The notes under the pieces: model-generated
Database searches by the model: none
The model's input: only the letters and a program-made list of their open reading frames with translations
What the model was told of the DNA's origin: nothing
Source: the human T2T-CHM13v2.0 reference genome, Homo sapiens
Strand: one strand, 5' to 3'
DNA: 64,000 nt
Assembly: GCF_009914755.1 (NCBI RefSeq)
Contig: NC_060931.1
Shown here: positions 30,008 to 43,560 of the stretch, one piece after another
Numbering within the stretch: position 1 is the stretch's first letter
Layout: each line of letters starts with the position of its first letter
Program-made: the position numbers and the translations under genes

Positions 30008-30504
30008 TAAGTCTTTTACAAAGAGATTATTCGCCATCTGTGAAAGAAGTGTAAACCATGTTCTTTGAGCAATGGATTCCCTGAGAGAAGGGAGGAAGGT
30101 TCTTATTTACCTTGGGAGAACTTCTGTCATGCATAGGGGCCAACCTCAATCAGCTCTCTCCAACTCCACAACTATGCTTAGGACCAGCTTTAAGAGGTTG
30201 TGTGTGTGTGTGTGTGTGTGTATGTGTGCGTGTGCACAGGGGAGGGTGTGTACACACATGTGTACACACGAGAGAGACAGTGGCTGAGAAACACAGTCAG
30301 CAGAGGACAGACCCAGAGCAAGACAGAGGGAGACAGGGTGCACCAGGTTCTCTCGGCTCCTCAAGCACCTGGAAGGTTTGATTTTGTTATTCACCAGCTT
30401 GGAGACCATCTGCCTGCCAGGATCCCATCCCCAGTGAAAACTCTGCAGCAAACACAGGGAAAGAATGATCAAAGATGGTATCAAAAGGCCTGTGACAGTC
30501 ATAC

Positions 30505-30564
30505 CTCTGAAGTGAGAGTCCGCAACGTCTTGTTGGAAGACATCCAGCCGTGGCAGGGGCTGAC
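30505..30564 (-). CDS. AOAH: AOAH coding exon (approx. exon 18), VSPCHGWMSSNKTLRTLTSE
   Basis: gctctcag|GTCAGC...TCAGAG|gtatga; 60 nt, phase 0 to 0. Confidence 0.96.
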
Positions 30565-30643
30565 CTGAGAGCGGGAAAACACTTTTGATTACAGAGGATC
30601 AGGGTAGGTAAGCGGGCCTTGAAGCAAGCCAGTGAGTGCTCAC

Positions 30644-30702
30644 CTGGAGGCAGTTCAGGAAGGAGTACAACTGCGCATAGGTCATGTCTTTATTTAGCTG
30701 GC
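30644..30702 (-). CDS. AOAH: AOAH coding exon (approx. exon 17), (G)QLNKDMTYAQLYSFLNCLQ
   Basis: ttttccag|GCCAGCTA...CTCCAG|gtgagc; 59 nt. Confidence 0.96.
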
Positions 30703-33196
30703 CTGGAAAACAGAGAGGTCTGGTAGATTGCATCCACTCGGCAATAGCAGCATTTAGAGGCACCTGGGGGCTTCCCTGCCTCCCTTGCAGAAAGTCACTA
30801 TTTCCAGGGTGTTCCCCTGATTTTTCATGCAGCATTGCTCTTGAAGAATGCCTGTGCTTTCCTCCTTTCTGAGCCTCTAGAAATTCAGACCCAGAGTTGA
30901 GGAGGAGCCCTGAGGAACTCACTGCCATATAGAGCTGTGGGCATGGGCCTGGATGGGGCTGGGGGAAGTGGCCTCATCTGGACTCAGGAAAAAGAAATGC
31001 AAGTATCCTACAGCTCAATGTGAACCAGGATGCCTTGGATAAAGCCCTTTAAGAGCAGTACTTTCTCCTGGCCCTGGTATGAAATGCTCCCTGCATGGGG
31101 CACAGGGAACATTCGAGGTGGCGGTTGACCTAATCCCCTTTTCTAGGTTTATGAAACGCTCAGGTCTGACCGAATTATCCCACACTGAGGGCCTGGCAGG
31201 ACATTCTGAGTATCTGAAGCTCTGACCACGTAGTTCCCTGCAGTTGGTGAACTGAAAGCCATACGAAATGCTTGGTTGGCCCATGGGATGGGGAGGCAGT
31301 ACCTCATGTCTCTGTGGCACTGGATTATGGGCTGTCCAGTGGATATCTTATTTGACCCTAATTAGTAGACACCCTTATTTTTTAGTGCAAGTTACAGAGG
31401 TACATAATAAAGTGAAAAGTACCAGATGAGCGTTCATCCAGTTTTTCTGAACATCAGCTATAGTCCCAGAATCTGTGGGGGTGATTTCTTCTCTCTTCCA
31501 ACACCGCTCCACCCCGCCTCCAGCATATCCACCCCGCTGAAGCAATTTGACTTTCATGCTGTGGCTGACACACAAAATCCAGGTCTCCCCAAATCTCGGG
31601 GGTGAATGACTGACACTGTATCCATTAACACTCCTCACACTCTTGAAAACATAAAGGAAGATAATAGGACCTATCTCAGAATGAAGAGAAAGATTGAAGG
31701 TGATAGAACACAGTCTTATTTTTCACTTATACCTCTGATTAGTTAGACTGGAAGATAGATTCAATTTTCTTGTCAGAGAGAAAAAATTTATTATCTCTCT
31801 GTGTAGGTGAGTGAGTCCCAAGACAGGAAAGCCACAGGCTCATTATGGCCACTAAAGTCACAGTGACCCGCCAGGTCTGTCTTCTGTACAGGCTTCTGTA
31901 TCTTCACATTTTAAATGACTCCCAAATCCTTGGCTTTCGTCCTTGCTTTTATTTTATGGGTCCAACACTGAGCTTCCATTTTCCCCCAAGTTCCTACTTC
32001 TACCCACTGAGGATTTGTTCCCTCTATTTTGTGTGCGTGTGTGTGTGTGTGTGTGTGTTTGTGTGTGTGTACTTTTTGTCATTTGCTCCCTTTCTGAATG
32101 TGTCTCAGCTGCAGTGACTGACATCTTCCTTCTCCACTCCCCACCCTGGGTCCTCCACGTGCTCTCCTGGCTTCGCTCTTTCCCTCTGGGGGCTACCACT
32201 GAGTTGCGGCCTTCCGTCTCCCCACCTTCTGTGAGGGCCCAGTGTCTGGCTGCTTTTGCCTTGGTGCCTGGTGCCATCTTGTCGCTATGTTGGAACTGGG
32301 GCCTCATAGTGAAACTTAGGTAGCCTGGCTGGGGCCCTGCCGCCCCTCTGGGCCCTGGTGTGTCCCCTCCCCCTGAGGGGCGGCATCTCTCTGCAGCCTG
32401 ACAGGAGGTGGCACCTCATGCCTGACCTTGCACTCTCCCCTCCCCACCTTCAGGCCTGGATTGCTTTGATATCCAGAGGGGCCGGAGTTTGTCCTGCTCC
32501 TGTGACACTGGGAACTTCATTGTTGGCTCCTCCTTGGGGATGAAGGCCCACCCTGGCCTTGCTCCACGCTGCCTGATGCCCTCTCCTGCTGTCCTTCTGC
32601 TGATGGCCAGCACAGCTCCCAATGAGACCCTGAGGGGCACCTCCCTTCTGCACCTCCTCAGTCCCTCTCCCTTTCCCTCTGTCGCCTGGCTCCACCTCCA
32701 GCTGGACCTGATTGAGAATGGGAACATCCTTAGTGTGGGTGGCTAGGTCTGCTGAACAGGATGAGGGCACATTAGGTGCATTTAGAAGAACCTGGGAAAG
32801 TTGCAATGAATCAGTGTCCCTCCTGTCTGGTGTTTCTGCCTGTTAGAGGGTAGGGACTCTGGGGCTGGTCATGTGGAAGATTGGCTAGGGGTGCTTGCGA
32901 TGGGCTTATGGTTTCGAGGAAGGGAAGAGGGAAATGGTTCTTACACTTTCTGCTTTATTGGCAATATCAGTTGGTCCCCCACTCTTTCTTTTTAAGCATT
33001 ACCTTTTATCTTTGTTTCTTTAATGTAATTTTGGCCTATTGATCCTACTTCTATGGGGTGCATGAAGAGAGGTTGTGTCTGTGACTCCCTGGTTAGAAAG
33101 TCCATCTGGATAGGAAAGCTGATCAAGAAAGCCCAGGGGCAGGCCAGGAGGACTGTCCCACAGTGGCCAGGAATCACCAGGGGCTGAGGAGCTCTG

Positions 33197-33562
33197 TCTA
33201 TGTGTATCTGTGTGTCTTCATGTGTGTCTGTGTGTCTGTGTCTCTGTGTGTCTTCGTGTGTGTCTGTGTCTCTGTCTGTCTGTGTTTTTGTGTGTTTCTG
33301 TGTCTGTGTGTGTATCTGTGTGTGTCTGTGTCTCTGTGTGTGTGTTTGTGTGTGTCTGCTTGTGTGTATCTGTGTGTGTCTGTGTCTGTGTGTGTGTGTG
33401 TCTGTGTGTGTGTATGTGTCTGTGTGTGTGTGTATCCGTGTGTGTCTGTGTCTCTGTGTGTGTGTGTGTGTGTCTGTGTCTGTGTGTGTATGTGTCTGCT
33501 TGTGTGTACCTGTGTCCATGTCTGTGTGTGTGTGTTTGTGTGTGTCTGTGTGCCTGTGTGTG
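33197..33562. repeat. Complex (TG)/(TCTGTG)-rich simple repeat
   Basis: Seen directly; source of the spurious CV/HT-rich ORFs. Confidence 0.95.
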
Positions 33563-35033
33563 TTGTGGGGAGCCAGCGGGCTGTCCCAGTGTTTGCCATA
33601 AGCTCCTCTGAAGATCAAAGGTGTGTTCTTCCCTAGCTGGCTTAGTGACGGTTTGCGTCTTCATAATCTGTAACTTCTTTAGGGCAGGGTCTCTGGTATC
33701 TATTTAATTCTGGAAACATAATTGAAATCTTAGGTACTGTAGAAACTTAGTACCAACAAAGATCAGGCACATCTCCATGAAATGCCATGTAAATGTGTTA
33801 AAATCACATTCATTCAGACGGAGGGAAAGTGCGTGATAAAATAGAAACACCAAGGTATTTTAAAAAGACATTTGGTTTCAAGTTTAAGAGTAATTGGGGC
33901 AAGATGAAGTTGCTGTTTTGTGGCAGAAGCCCTTCAAGCCTGGCCCACTAGCAGACGAATTTGCAGCCAGGAGTCCCTGGCTTCCTCTCCATAGTCTAAC
34001 CCTTGGGATGGCCCCTGAATGCCTGTGACTTGCCCATCCTCATGGGCACTCGGCACGTTCGCTGTCAGGGTCCATGTGCTGAGTTCGCTAGCGGAGTTTT
34101 TTCCCTCTCATTTGAGGACACAGATTGCGTCTTATGTCATCTTTTCTCAAAAGCACAGAGTAGGAATCTCAGAGATATTTCTGGAATGATCCCCTTCCTC
34201 ACAGATCATGGCTGAGAGGACTTGTGACTGGCCAAGCTTGACTTTTCTCAAAGGACCCACATCAGTAGAATCCCAATGTATGAGGCTTGCTGTCTGGTAA
34301 TTCCTCACAAAGACAATAAACTCTCACCAGGAATTTTAGCTACTAGTAGAGGCTGTGGGGTGCCCCAGCCCTTGGCAGCCAGCGACGGACTGGGTAGTGA
34401 GTCACAAACCTGGCTGAGGAGGGATGCGAGGAGAGATTCGTCACCCCCTTGTCCCTGGCAGGAGTGAGACACCCACCTGCTCTTGTTCTGGGCCTCTGAG
34501 TGACCTGCTGCGTGGGTGCTGTGGCATCTAACCCTGCCTTCACTGGTTGCTCAGGCTGAGTTCCTGCCTGTCCTTCTGAGGGAAAAGGAGGCAGCAGAGA
34601 CTGTGTCACTGACCAGGGGGTCTCCTACCATGCCTCTGTTTCCTGAACGCTTTCTTAATTTTTAAGAAGTGGCCAAAGTCAAGTCTAAACACTATGATCA
34701 CCACATTTCTAGGCCCAAATAAATGGACCTCACCCTCTTCCCCCTACTTTTTTTTTCTTTGCACAGCACTGTTAGCACAACCCTTAACACGGTGCCCAGG
34801 AATCAGACTTGAGTGTCCAGCTGCTGACTAAGATGAGATCTACAGTGGCCTGGGCAGAGCAACCAAACCCTGAGGCCGGCCCAGCATGAACCCTGCTTCA
34901 CTGCTGGCTCAAGATCCAAAGATGGGGTTTGGAGTGAGAGCAGAAGAGAGACAGCATGAGAGCAATAAATGAAATTACTGTGCTTAATGAAAGCATCTAT
35001 CTCCCAGGGTTGTTTTAAGAATCACGCCTTCTC

Positions 35034-35316
35034 AGCTGGGAACGGTGGCTCATGCCTGTAATCCCAGCACTTTGGGAGGCCGAGGCAGGTGGATCACCTG
35101 AGATCAGGAGATCGAGACCAGCCTGGCCAACATGGTGAAACCCCATTTCTACTAAAAATACAAAAATTAGCCCAGTGTGTTAGCAGGCGCCTGTAATCCC
35201 AGCTACTCGGGGGAGCTGAGGCAGGAGCATTGCTTGAAGCTGGGAGGCAGAGGTTGCAGTGAGCTATGATCGCACCACTGCATTCCAGCCTGGGTGACAT
35301 AGTGAGACTTCATCTC

Positions 35317-35345
<29 letters not shown>
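35034..35345 (+). mobile_element. Alu
   Basis: Target-site duplication AAGAATCAC(G/A)CCTTC; long poly-A. Confidence 0.93.
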
Positions 35346-35347
<2 letters not shown>

Positions 35348-35759
35348 ATCACACCTTCCTAATGCAGCCCCCTCTTGAAGTCTGTCATCTTGTGTGAGTG
35401 ATGAGTCCTGTCAAAGGAGGCCTGGGGATGCCGGATAAATCCCACCTACTTCTCCAGCCTTTCTAGGAAAGACCCTGATGCTTCGTTGAGAAATGTATAA
35501 TTTATTTCCCATGGCAACCAGGCAGCAGAGATAATTTAGGATGTGAATAGTTACTTATAAGCATCAAACAAATTTTAGATGGTTTCAGCTTTCTCCTTGA
35601 TTGGATTTTTTTTTTTTTTTTCCAAAACTACTGATGTTTCTGTAGAACAAACTTGTTCTATCTTTTTCTTCCTTCCATTTTGTGCTGTACATGCTAGGGT
35701 GTGATTAGCAGCCAGAGAGAGTCCACTTGAGAAGGACAAGGCAAAGGCAAAATCTAGAG

Positions 35760-36698
<939 letters not shown>

Positions 36699-38690
36699 TC
36701 ATTCTTACATTCTTACATACATTTTTCCTTCCCCTAGTCCTTTCCAAATTGCATGGAGTCATTCTTACCTTTGGTCTCATATTTATGAAACCAAACATGT
36801 CTCATAAATCAAGTGAATTGCATGGCATATCGGAAAGAATTTATGGAGGTGGCGTAACCAGAGTTCATGGAAAGAAAATGGGATTAGAAATCAGAAAAAT
36901 GGAAGTCAAGTCGCTATTACTGTGATGGAGTAAATTGGGAACAAACTTCCCTGCCCTCAGCTTCTCTTTCCAAAGCATTTCTTAGTGTAGGAGACACATT
37001 TGGAAATCTGAAAGAATCAGTTGAGGGCAGATGTACAATTTTCATATCCCGTGGTTCAAAGAGACATTCTTAGCCCAGGTTGGTGTCCTTTCTGCATGCA
37101 AAGCAGCCCAGAATGGAGTGAAGTTCCATGTGTGATCATGTTATTTCTAAGGCGGCGTGGTCAAAGTTGCATGAACAGGAAGAATATGCTCTACTTAGGT
37201 GAGGCTGTACAGTGTTTTGCTTGGATGATAATATTTGTGATACATGAGTAACTCAAGAGGAAAATGGTTTCATCCTTATTGGTGGAGAATAGGGAATGTG
37301 GGTGTCCACCATTGTCCCTCCAACTAAGAGACCAGAGCCTTTGAGAGCTAGCTAAAGGACCCTTACTCTTTTCCCAGGTGGGGAGAGGCGGAATTTCCTG
37401 AGGGAGAAGTGGGGTGTTTGTCTTAGACAGGGACTGCAGGAAGAGGACAAGAGAAGACTGGAAAGATTCACACAAAGTAGTATATGCAAGAAAAGGCTCT
37501 TGATGGCCTGAAATGGGAAATCTTGCTCCCCACCCACTCCCTCTAAGGAGGGCGTGAAAGAATGAGTTTCAGGTCTTCTTTGAATTTCTCGCCTGACTCC
37601 TAAGAAGGTGCTTGGACTGCCAGCACCTTTTAGTGGGTTGGGCTCAGGAGGTGAGTGGGGTAACACCAGGGAAGGGATAGTCCCTTCTTCATGATAGATT
37701 GGTGCAGGTGCTGTCAATATGGGGCTGAGAGGAAGGTACCCAGGCCTCTTCTTATAGATGCTCATCAGGGAAGACTGAGGCCAGCTCCCTGTTCCTCTTC
37801 CTTGCTCAGTTTTCTTCCTGTGGCACTTATCACCTTCTGATATACTTTTGGGTCATTTTCCCATTGTAATATAAGCTTTCTGTGGGCAGGAACTTAGGAC
37901 TATTGTGTTTTCTGCTGGTTACCCTGTGCCTAGAATAGTGCCTGGCACATAGTTGGCACTTAATAAATACATTCTCCTCTGAAATACAGAAAGCAGAGCC
38001 CTGCTACAACATATTCAGTGAGCTCTGTGGCATTTGGCAAGCTATCTAACCTCTCTGAGCCTTGGTTTTTTTCATCTATAAAATGAAATTATTGTGGTTG
38101 ATAAAAACATCTATCTCACAGGGTTAAGGATCACACCTTCCTAATGCAAATTACTAGCACTTTTATGTTATTTGTACAGTATCGAGAATATTTGAGTTGC
38201 CATTAGAAGGTTCCAGGGACATTTTAAAGCCTTTCGGAGCTAAGGACCCCAAGAGAGTGTAGAAGCAGGAAATGAGCAGCCTGGAGGACTGTGCTCTAGA
38301 GAATTCTAACAGGCCACCAGGAAGCACTTACCATTGAGGTTCAGAGAAATCCCTGTCTTTGACTCACGGGTCTGTCTCCTGTTTGGGCTTCCTCAGCTCA
38401 TTTTACATTTCACCTTCTGTTAGAGGAATTTCCTGGTTTGAGCACTTACCTTTCAATGTGTCCCAATTCTTCATGAATTACTTCTGCCCTTTCTGCCTTT
38501 GGATCTGATTCGGCTCACCTCTGGATAATGACCTTTAGATACTGCACCTAGGGGCTCTTGCCTTTATCAACCCTGACCCATGTTCCATGATGGCATTTTA
38601 GGCACATTTCTATATGGTTTGAACCATATATACATTGAACTGTATATACATTGATGTTATTAAAGAGTAAAAGAATCTTCAAACTGATAC

Positions 38691-38863
38691 CGAGAGGATG
38701 ATATCTGTTGTGCAAATTATCCCAGAGAAAGGTTCCATCTGGTAAGCCATACAAAATAACATGGCTGCCATTGGGCAGGTGGGAATTTAGATGCTTCAGA
38801 GTCTGCATGACGTTGGAGTAGAGTTTCTCAGGAGTGGTCATGGCTGGGACTGGGTCACTCTTC
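38691..38863 (-). CDS. AOAH: AOAH coding exon (approx. exon 16), KSDPVPAMTTPEK...DNLHNRYHPL(G)
   Basis: ccaacag|GAAGAGT...CCTCTCG|gtatca; 173 nt; lies within ORF 38548..38937. Confidence 0.96.
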
Positions 38864-38974
38864 CTGTTGGTGGAATAAACAGAAAATATCTTGGTTGATT
38901 GTAAGGATAGATGCATGCAAGTTGCACGCAAATACAAGATACATCACACACACATACGCACACACACACACACA

Positions 38975-39350
38975 GTGTGGTGGTCATTGGAGCTATTTGC
39001 AAAATATTCCTGGATTTCCACCTTTCTGACACATAGGCTGTACTTACTGACTCCCTTGCGGTTGAGTGGACTATGTGACTAGTTCTAACCAATGAGTGGT
39101 GAGCTGAAGTGACATGTGTCATATTTGGTGATGTGACACCTTCTAGAATGCTCCTTTTCTTTGCATGGGTATAGGCAATGTTCTAGATAGCTGCTTCACC
39201 AATCTGAGTCCTGGAACAGAGTCCCATGGTGATCTCTGATGGACAAGTAGTGTGAGAGAGACGTAAACATTTGTTGCTTTATGCTACTAAGATTTTAGGG
39301 GCTGTTTGTTCCTTTGTTCCTGTAGCATAAACTCGCTGGCCTGACTTACA
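38975..39350 (+). mobile_element. MaLR LTR (MLT1H/I-like)
   Basis: atgtgactagttctaaccaatgag...gaagtgacatgtgtca; ...taaacatttgttgctttatgctactaagatttt. Confidence 0.65.
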
Positions 39351-40374
39351 CACAGTTTTTGAAATGAAAGGGGTCTGGTATTACTTATGATTTATTTGAC
39401 ACTTCGAGGTCTATAACTTGGTCTTTAAAACTTTTCACATGTATAACAGTTAGAAAACAGAATCTTACTGATTAAGTTATATTATACGTCCACACTGTAT
39501 CTTGCTCTTTATCCTTCCATTTCTACACTGGATTTGGACTTGCATGCATTTCCTGATGGATTTCTATTCCAGGCTATACCCTGCAACAGCATTTCACAAC
39601 AATTCCAGCCCGCATTATTGTCTTTATATAGTAGTGCTTGTGCTCTATAGAGGGTATTTGAATTTTTAAATTATATTTTCTCTTCTTATTTCATAAAAGT
39701 TAGTAAAATAAAAAAAGAAAGTACTGAAAGTAGTTATGAGAGACACAGGCCTAAAATCAAAGCATGTCAGACAAAGGTGAAGCTCCTAAGTGAGCTGAAA
39801 GTGACGAATCTTTACCCTCAATCAGACATTTATTGAATTTAAGCTGATTGACTTATATTCATTTGGTTTGGAAAAGAAGTAAGGAATGTACAAAATACTA
39901 CAAAGACATCATTTGAAGTTATGTTAAAATTGCACTCATTGGTTGATTTAAAGTTATGTTTGGGTGCTATGCTCACCACCTGGGTGATGAGGTAATTTGT
40001 ACTCCAAACCTCAGCGTCGTACAATAATATATCCATGCAATGAACTGGCACATGTACCCCCATATCTAAAATACAAGTTGAAATTATTTTAAAAAGCTAT
40101 GTTTAAAAGGCAAGGGGTGCTAAAGTATTTTTGGCATTAATATAAGTTTATTATTGTTCATTTCTTTGTACAATTGACTTTTGCACACACCTTCAGGAAC
40201 ACAACAAATTTGGATTCGGATCCTAACCTGCATTAACTTGGGAGTAGAATACAGAATTTTCTAGAGTTTTCATCTACTCTTTACACTCTAACTGCCTGTC
40301 TTTACCCTAAATGGAATAATGCTACAGTGTTACTTTCTCTTTTGTGTACTTAAAATTCCAGTTTCCCTAATGAT

Positions 40375-40793
40375 AGTGGGTTAAATAGTGTCCCTAAAAA
40401 TGTGACATTACTTGAAAATAGGGTCTTCATGGTTGTCATTAGTTAAGATGAGGTCATGTTGGATTAGTGTGGGCCTTAAATTCAATGACTGAATCCTTAT
40501 AAGAAGAGGAGAGGACACACAGACATACACCAGGAGGAAGGCCATGTGAAGACAGAAGCAGACACTGGGGTTATGGCTGCCACAAGCCAAAGAGTGCTGA
40601 GGATCGCTGGAAGCCACCAGAAGTGGGAAGACAAAAGGAAGGATTTTTCCCTGGAGCTTTCAGAGGGAGCATGGCCCCACGGACACCTTGATCTTGGACT
40701 TTAAGCATCCAGAACTGAGATGGAATACATGTCTGCGTTTTGAGTCATCCAGTTTTGGTACTTTGTTATGGCAGCTCCAGGGAACTTAATACA
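40375..40793 (+). mobile_element. MaLR LTR (MLT1B/C-like)
   Basis: ttaagatgaggtcat...gaaggccatgtgaagacagaagcaga...ggtactttgttatggcagc. Confidence 0.8.
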
Positions 40794-42281
40794 GATTGTG
40801 AACCAGATAAAATAAGTCCATCACTCAGAGGCTGGACCCAGGGCATAAGTGATATGGGAAGAGGGGGCAGAAAGGGGCCCCCAGGGATCCATAATTCTCA
40901 TTTTTAAGGGAGCTCATAAATGAATATTGGCACTGCCTTTTCGGAGGGCAATTTTTCAAAATGTATCCAAATTTGAAGCTGGCTTAACTTTTGACCTTGG
41001 AATTTCACTTTCAAGAAGTTATCCTATAGTAACATTTCCACCAATGTGCAAAAATGTACATACGAATATTGTAATGTTGCTTGGTATAGTGTACCACTGG
41101 AAAAAGATAAAAGCCTAAATACATAAATTATGGTACACCCATGCAATAGAACTCTATATAGCCATTAGGAATATAATAACTAGATATCGTTGGTTGCACA
41201 ACATTGTGAACTGGAAATGCCACTGAATTTTTGCTTTAGAATGGTTAGTCTTACATTATGTGAATTTCACCTGAATAAAAAAAAAGAAGTAATTTGTATG
41301 TATTAATATAGAAAGATGGCTAAAAAGTATTAAAGTATTGTTGACTACAACAATACTTTTGGTGCCATGGGGGTAGCCAGTAGGGTGGCAGTTATGGTTG
41401 GTGTATGTGCTTCTAAACTATGTCATGGATCGCTAGAGTCTCTTAAGGGGGGAGAGAAAAAGATGTCTAATTTTACAAACCCTCAGGGTATAGAACTGCA
41501 TGCTAATTTCATGTTTTCCATTGTCATGAAAAAATTACACTATTTTAAAAATAAAAATCTTCCTACCTGATAAAAACCAGCTATGACGATTTGCGACTAG
41601 GTTGCCTACCTACTAGAGCAGAAGCGTGGGGAGGGGCTTTGACTTGATTCCCATATGCACAGAAGCAGCACTGAAGAACCTGCCCCAAGTATCTAGGTTC
41701 TATATTCACTGTGTGTTTGAAGTGTAACAGCAAGGGTGAAATGAAAGGCAAGTTGGGTGTCTATATCCTTTCTTCTGGCACTGGTAAAGCTGGCAAATAC
41801 TGCCTATTCACTTTTGCCTTGCCACACTTTTTTTTTTCCTGCTGATACAGCCACGCTTTGGCACAAAGCAATTATGCTGAGCTAATGTTCTCCAACCACA
41901 TAAGGGCAAGATGAGTTAAGATGGACAAAGTCTCCCCAAATCCACACTGAATAATTTTTTTTTTCGGTTAGAGGCACAGCCCTGATGCTAAACGAAGAAT
42001 CTGAGCTAATTTGTATTTATGAAAGGGCACCCACAAATTAAGCAAGCATAATCAACATGGCTAATTGCTAAGTGAAATCAAAATATAAGCCTTGGTGTTG
42101 CTAATGGAACATTCTCCAGTTATCTTTGTTCCACCTTGTACAACTACATAATTTACTTTTAATTTGCATAGCAAAATCAACCAACTCTTAGCTCAGGTAA
42201 GGGCAAGGGAGTCTATGTGATTCATGGGACGATCACCCCTCCCAGATGCCATAGAAGGTGGCTTTTGACTTCTGTCCCTGA

Positions 42282-42616
<335 letters not shown>

Positions 42617-43423
42617 CCCCTGAAAATTTTTCAATGCCATTTTGATCTGTGTACTTTTTCCCCTCTGGTGATGTTTGGGGGAGACTTTGTGTTAGTATTC
42701 TGGAGACCAAAGAACCCTAGTGGTTGAGAACTATCTCCTAGGTCTCTCTGGTGTCTGCCAAAGGACGAATGGGCTGAGCTGAAGGTGTCTAACCCTTTTC
42801 AACCCAGGTGTCCCAGGCACCTGCCACCCCGGATTTGTCTGCCGACTCCAGGGTCCCAGCACCCCTTCTCACACACCAGCGAGCTCACCCCAGACACTCA
42901 GATGGATAGGTGAGAGATCGAGAGTGCTCAGCTAACAGAGAAGATGTGAAAACCAGCCTGTGGCACAGGGGCCACACTGGGGAAAATAATGAGAGAGAAA
43001 CTGGTGCTCACTGACATGCTCTCACACATGTCAGAAACAAATGGCCGGGCTGGGAACAGATGAAGAGCCTCACTCCTGAAGGTGGCTCTGAAGCCTGTCC
43101 CGCCCTAATGAATTGTGTCTGATCAGGCAAAATAAGCCTGATCATTTCATTACCCTGGCAGGTAAGCCAGCCAGATTTCACCTGGCTGGTGCTAGAGAGA
43201 GGTGTCCCTTCCAAGGAAGAAACTGATCAGCCTGTGCAGAAAACCAGCTTCCTGGAACCATAGCTAAAGCCCAGATCACTGTAGTGATCAAGTGCTCACA
43301 CCTCACTCACAGCTAGCATTTGTGTTTTTGAAACACCCAGGTAAGAGGGTTAGCCCTTTTCTTCATGCCAGCCAGTTGCAATCACATTGTTGGGCTCCCA
43401 TCCAATCCCCTTGAAGAGAAATC

Positions 43424-43560
43424 TTTTTTTTTTTTTTAAATAGAGACAGGGTCTCGCTCTATCACCCAGGCTGGAGGGCAGTGGTATGATCACAGCTCAC
43501 TGCAGGGTTGAACTCCTGGGCTCAAGCTATCCTCCCACTTTAGCCTCCTGAGTAGCTGGG
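43424..43560 (-). mobile_element. Partial Alu/FLAM
   Basis: Single monomer. Confidence 0.85.

Noticed and set aside
32992-33664. Multiple overlapping 130-208 aa ORFs
   Set aside because: Translations of a TG simple repeat.
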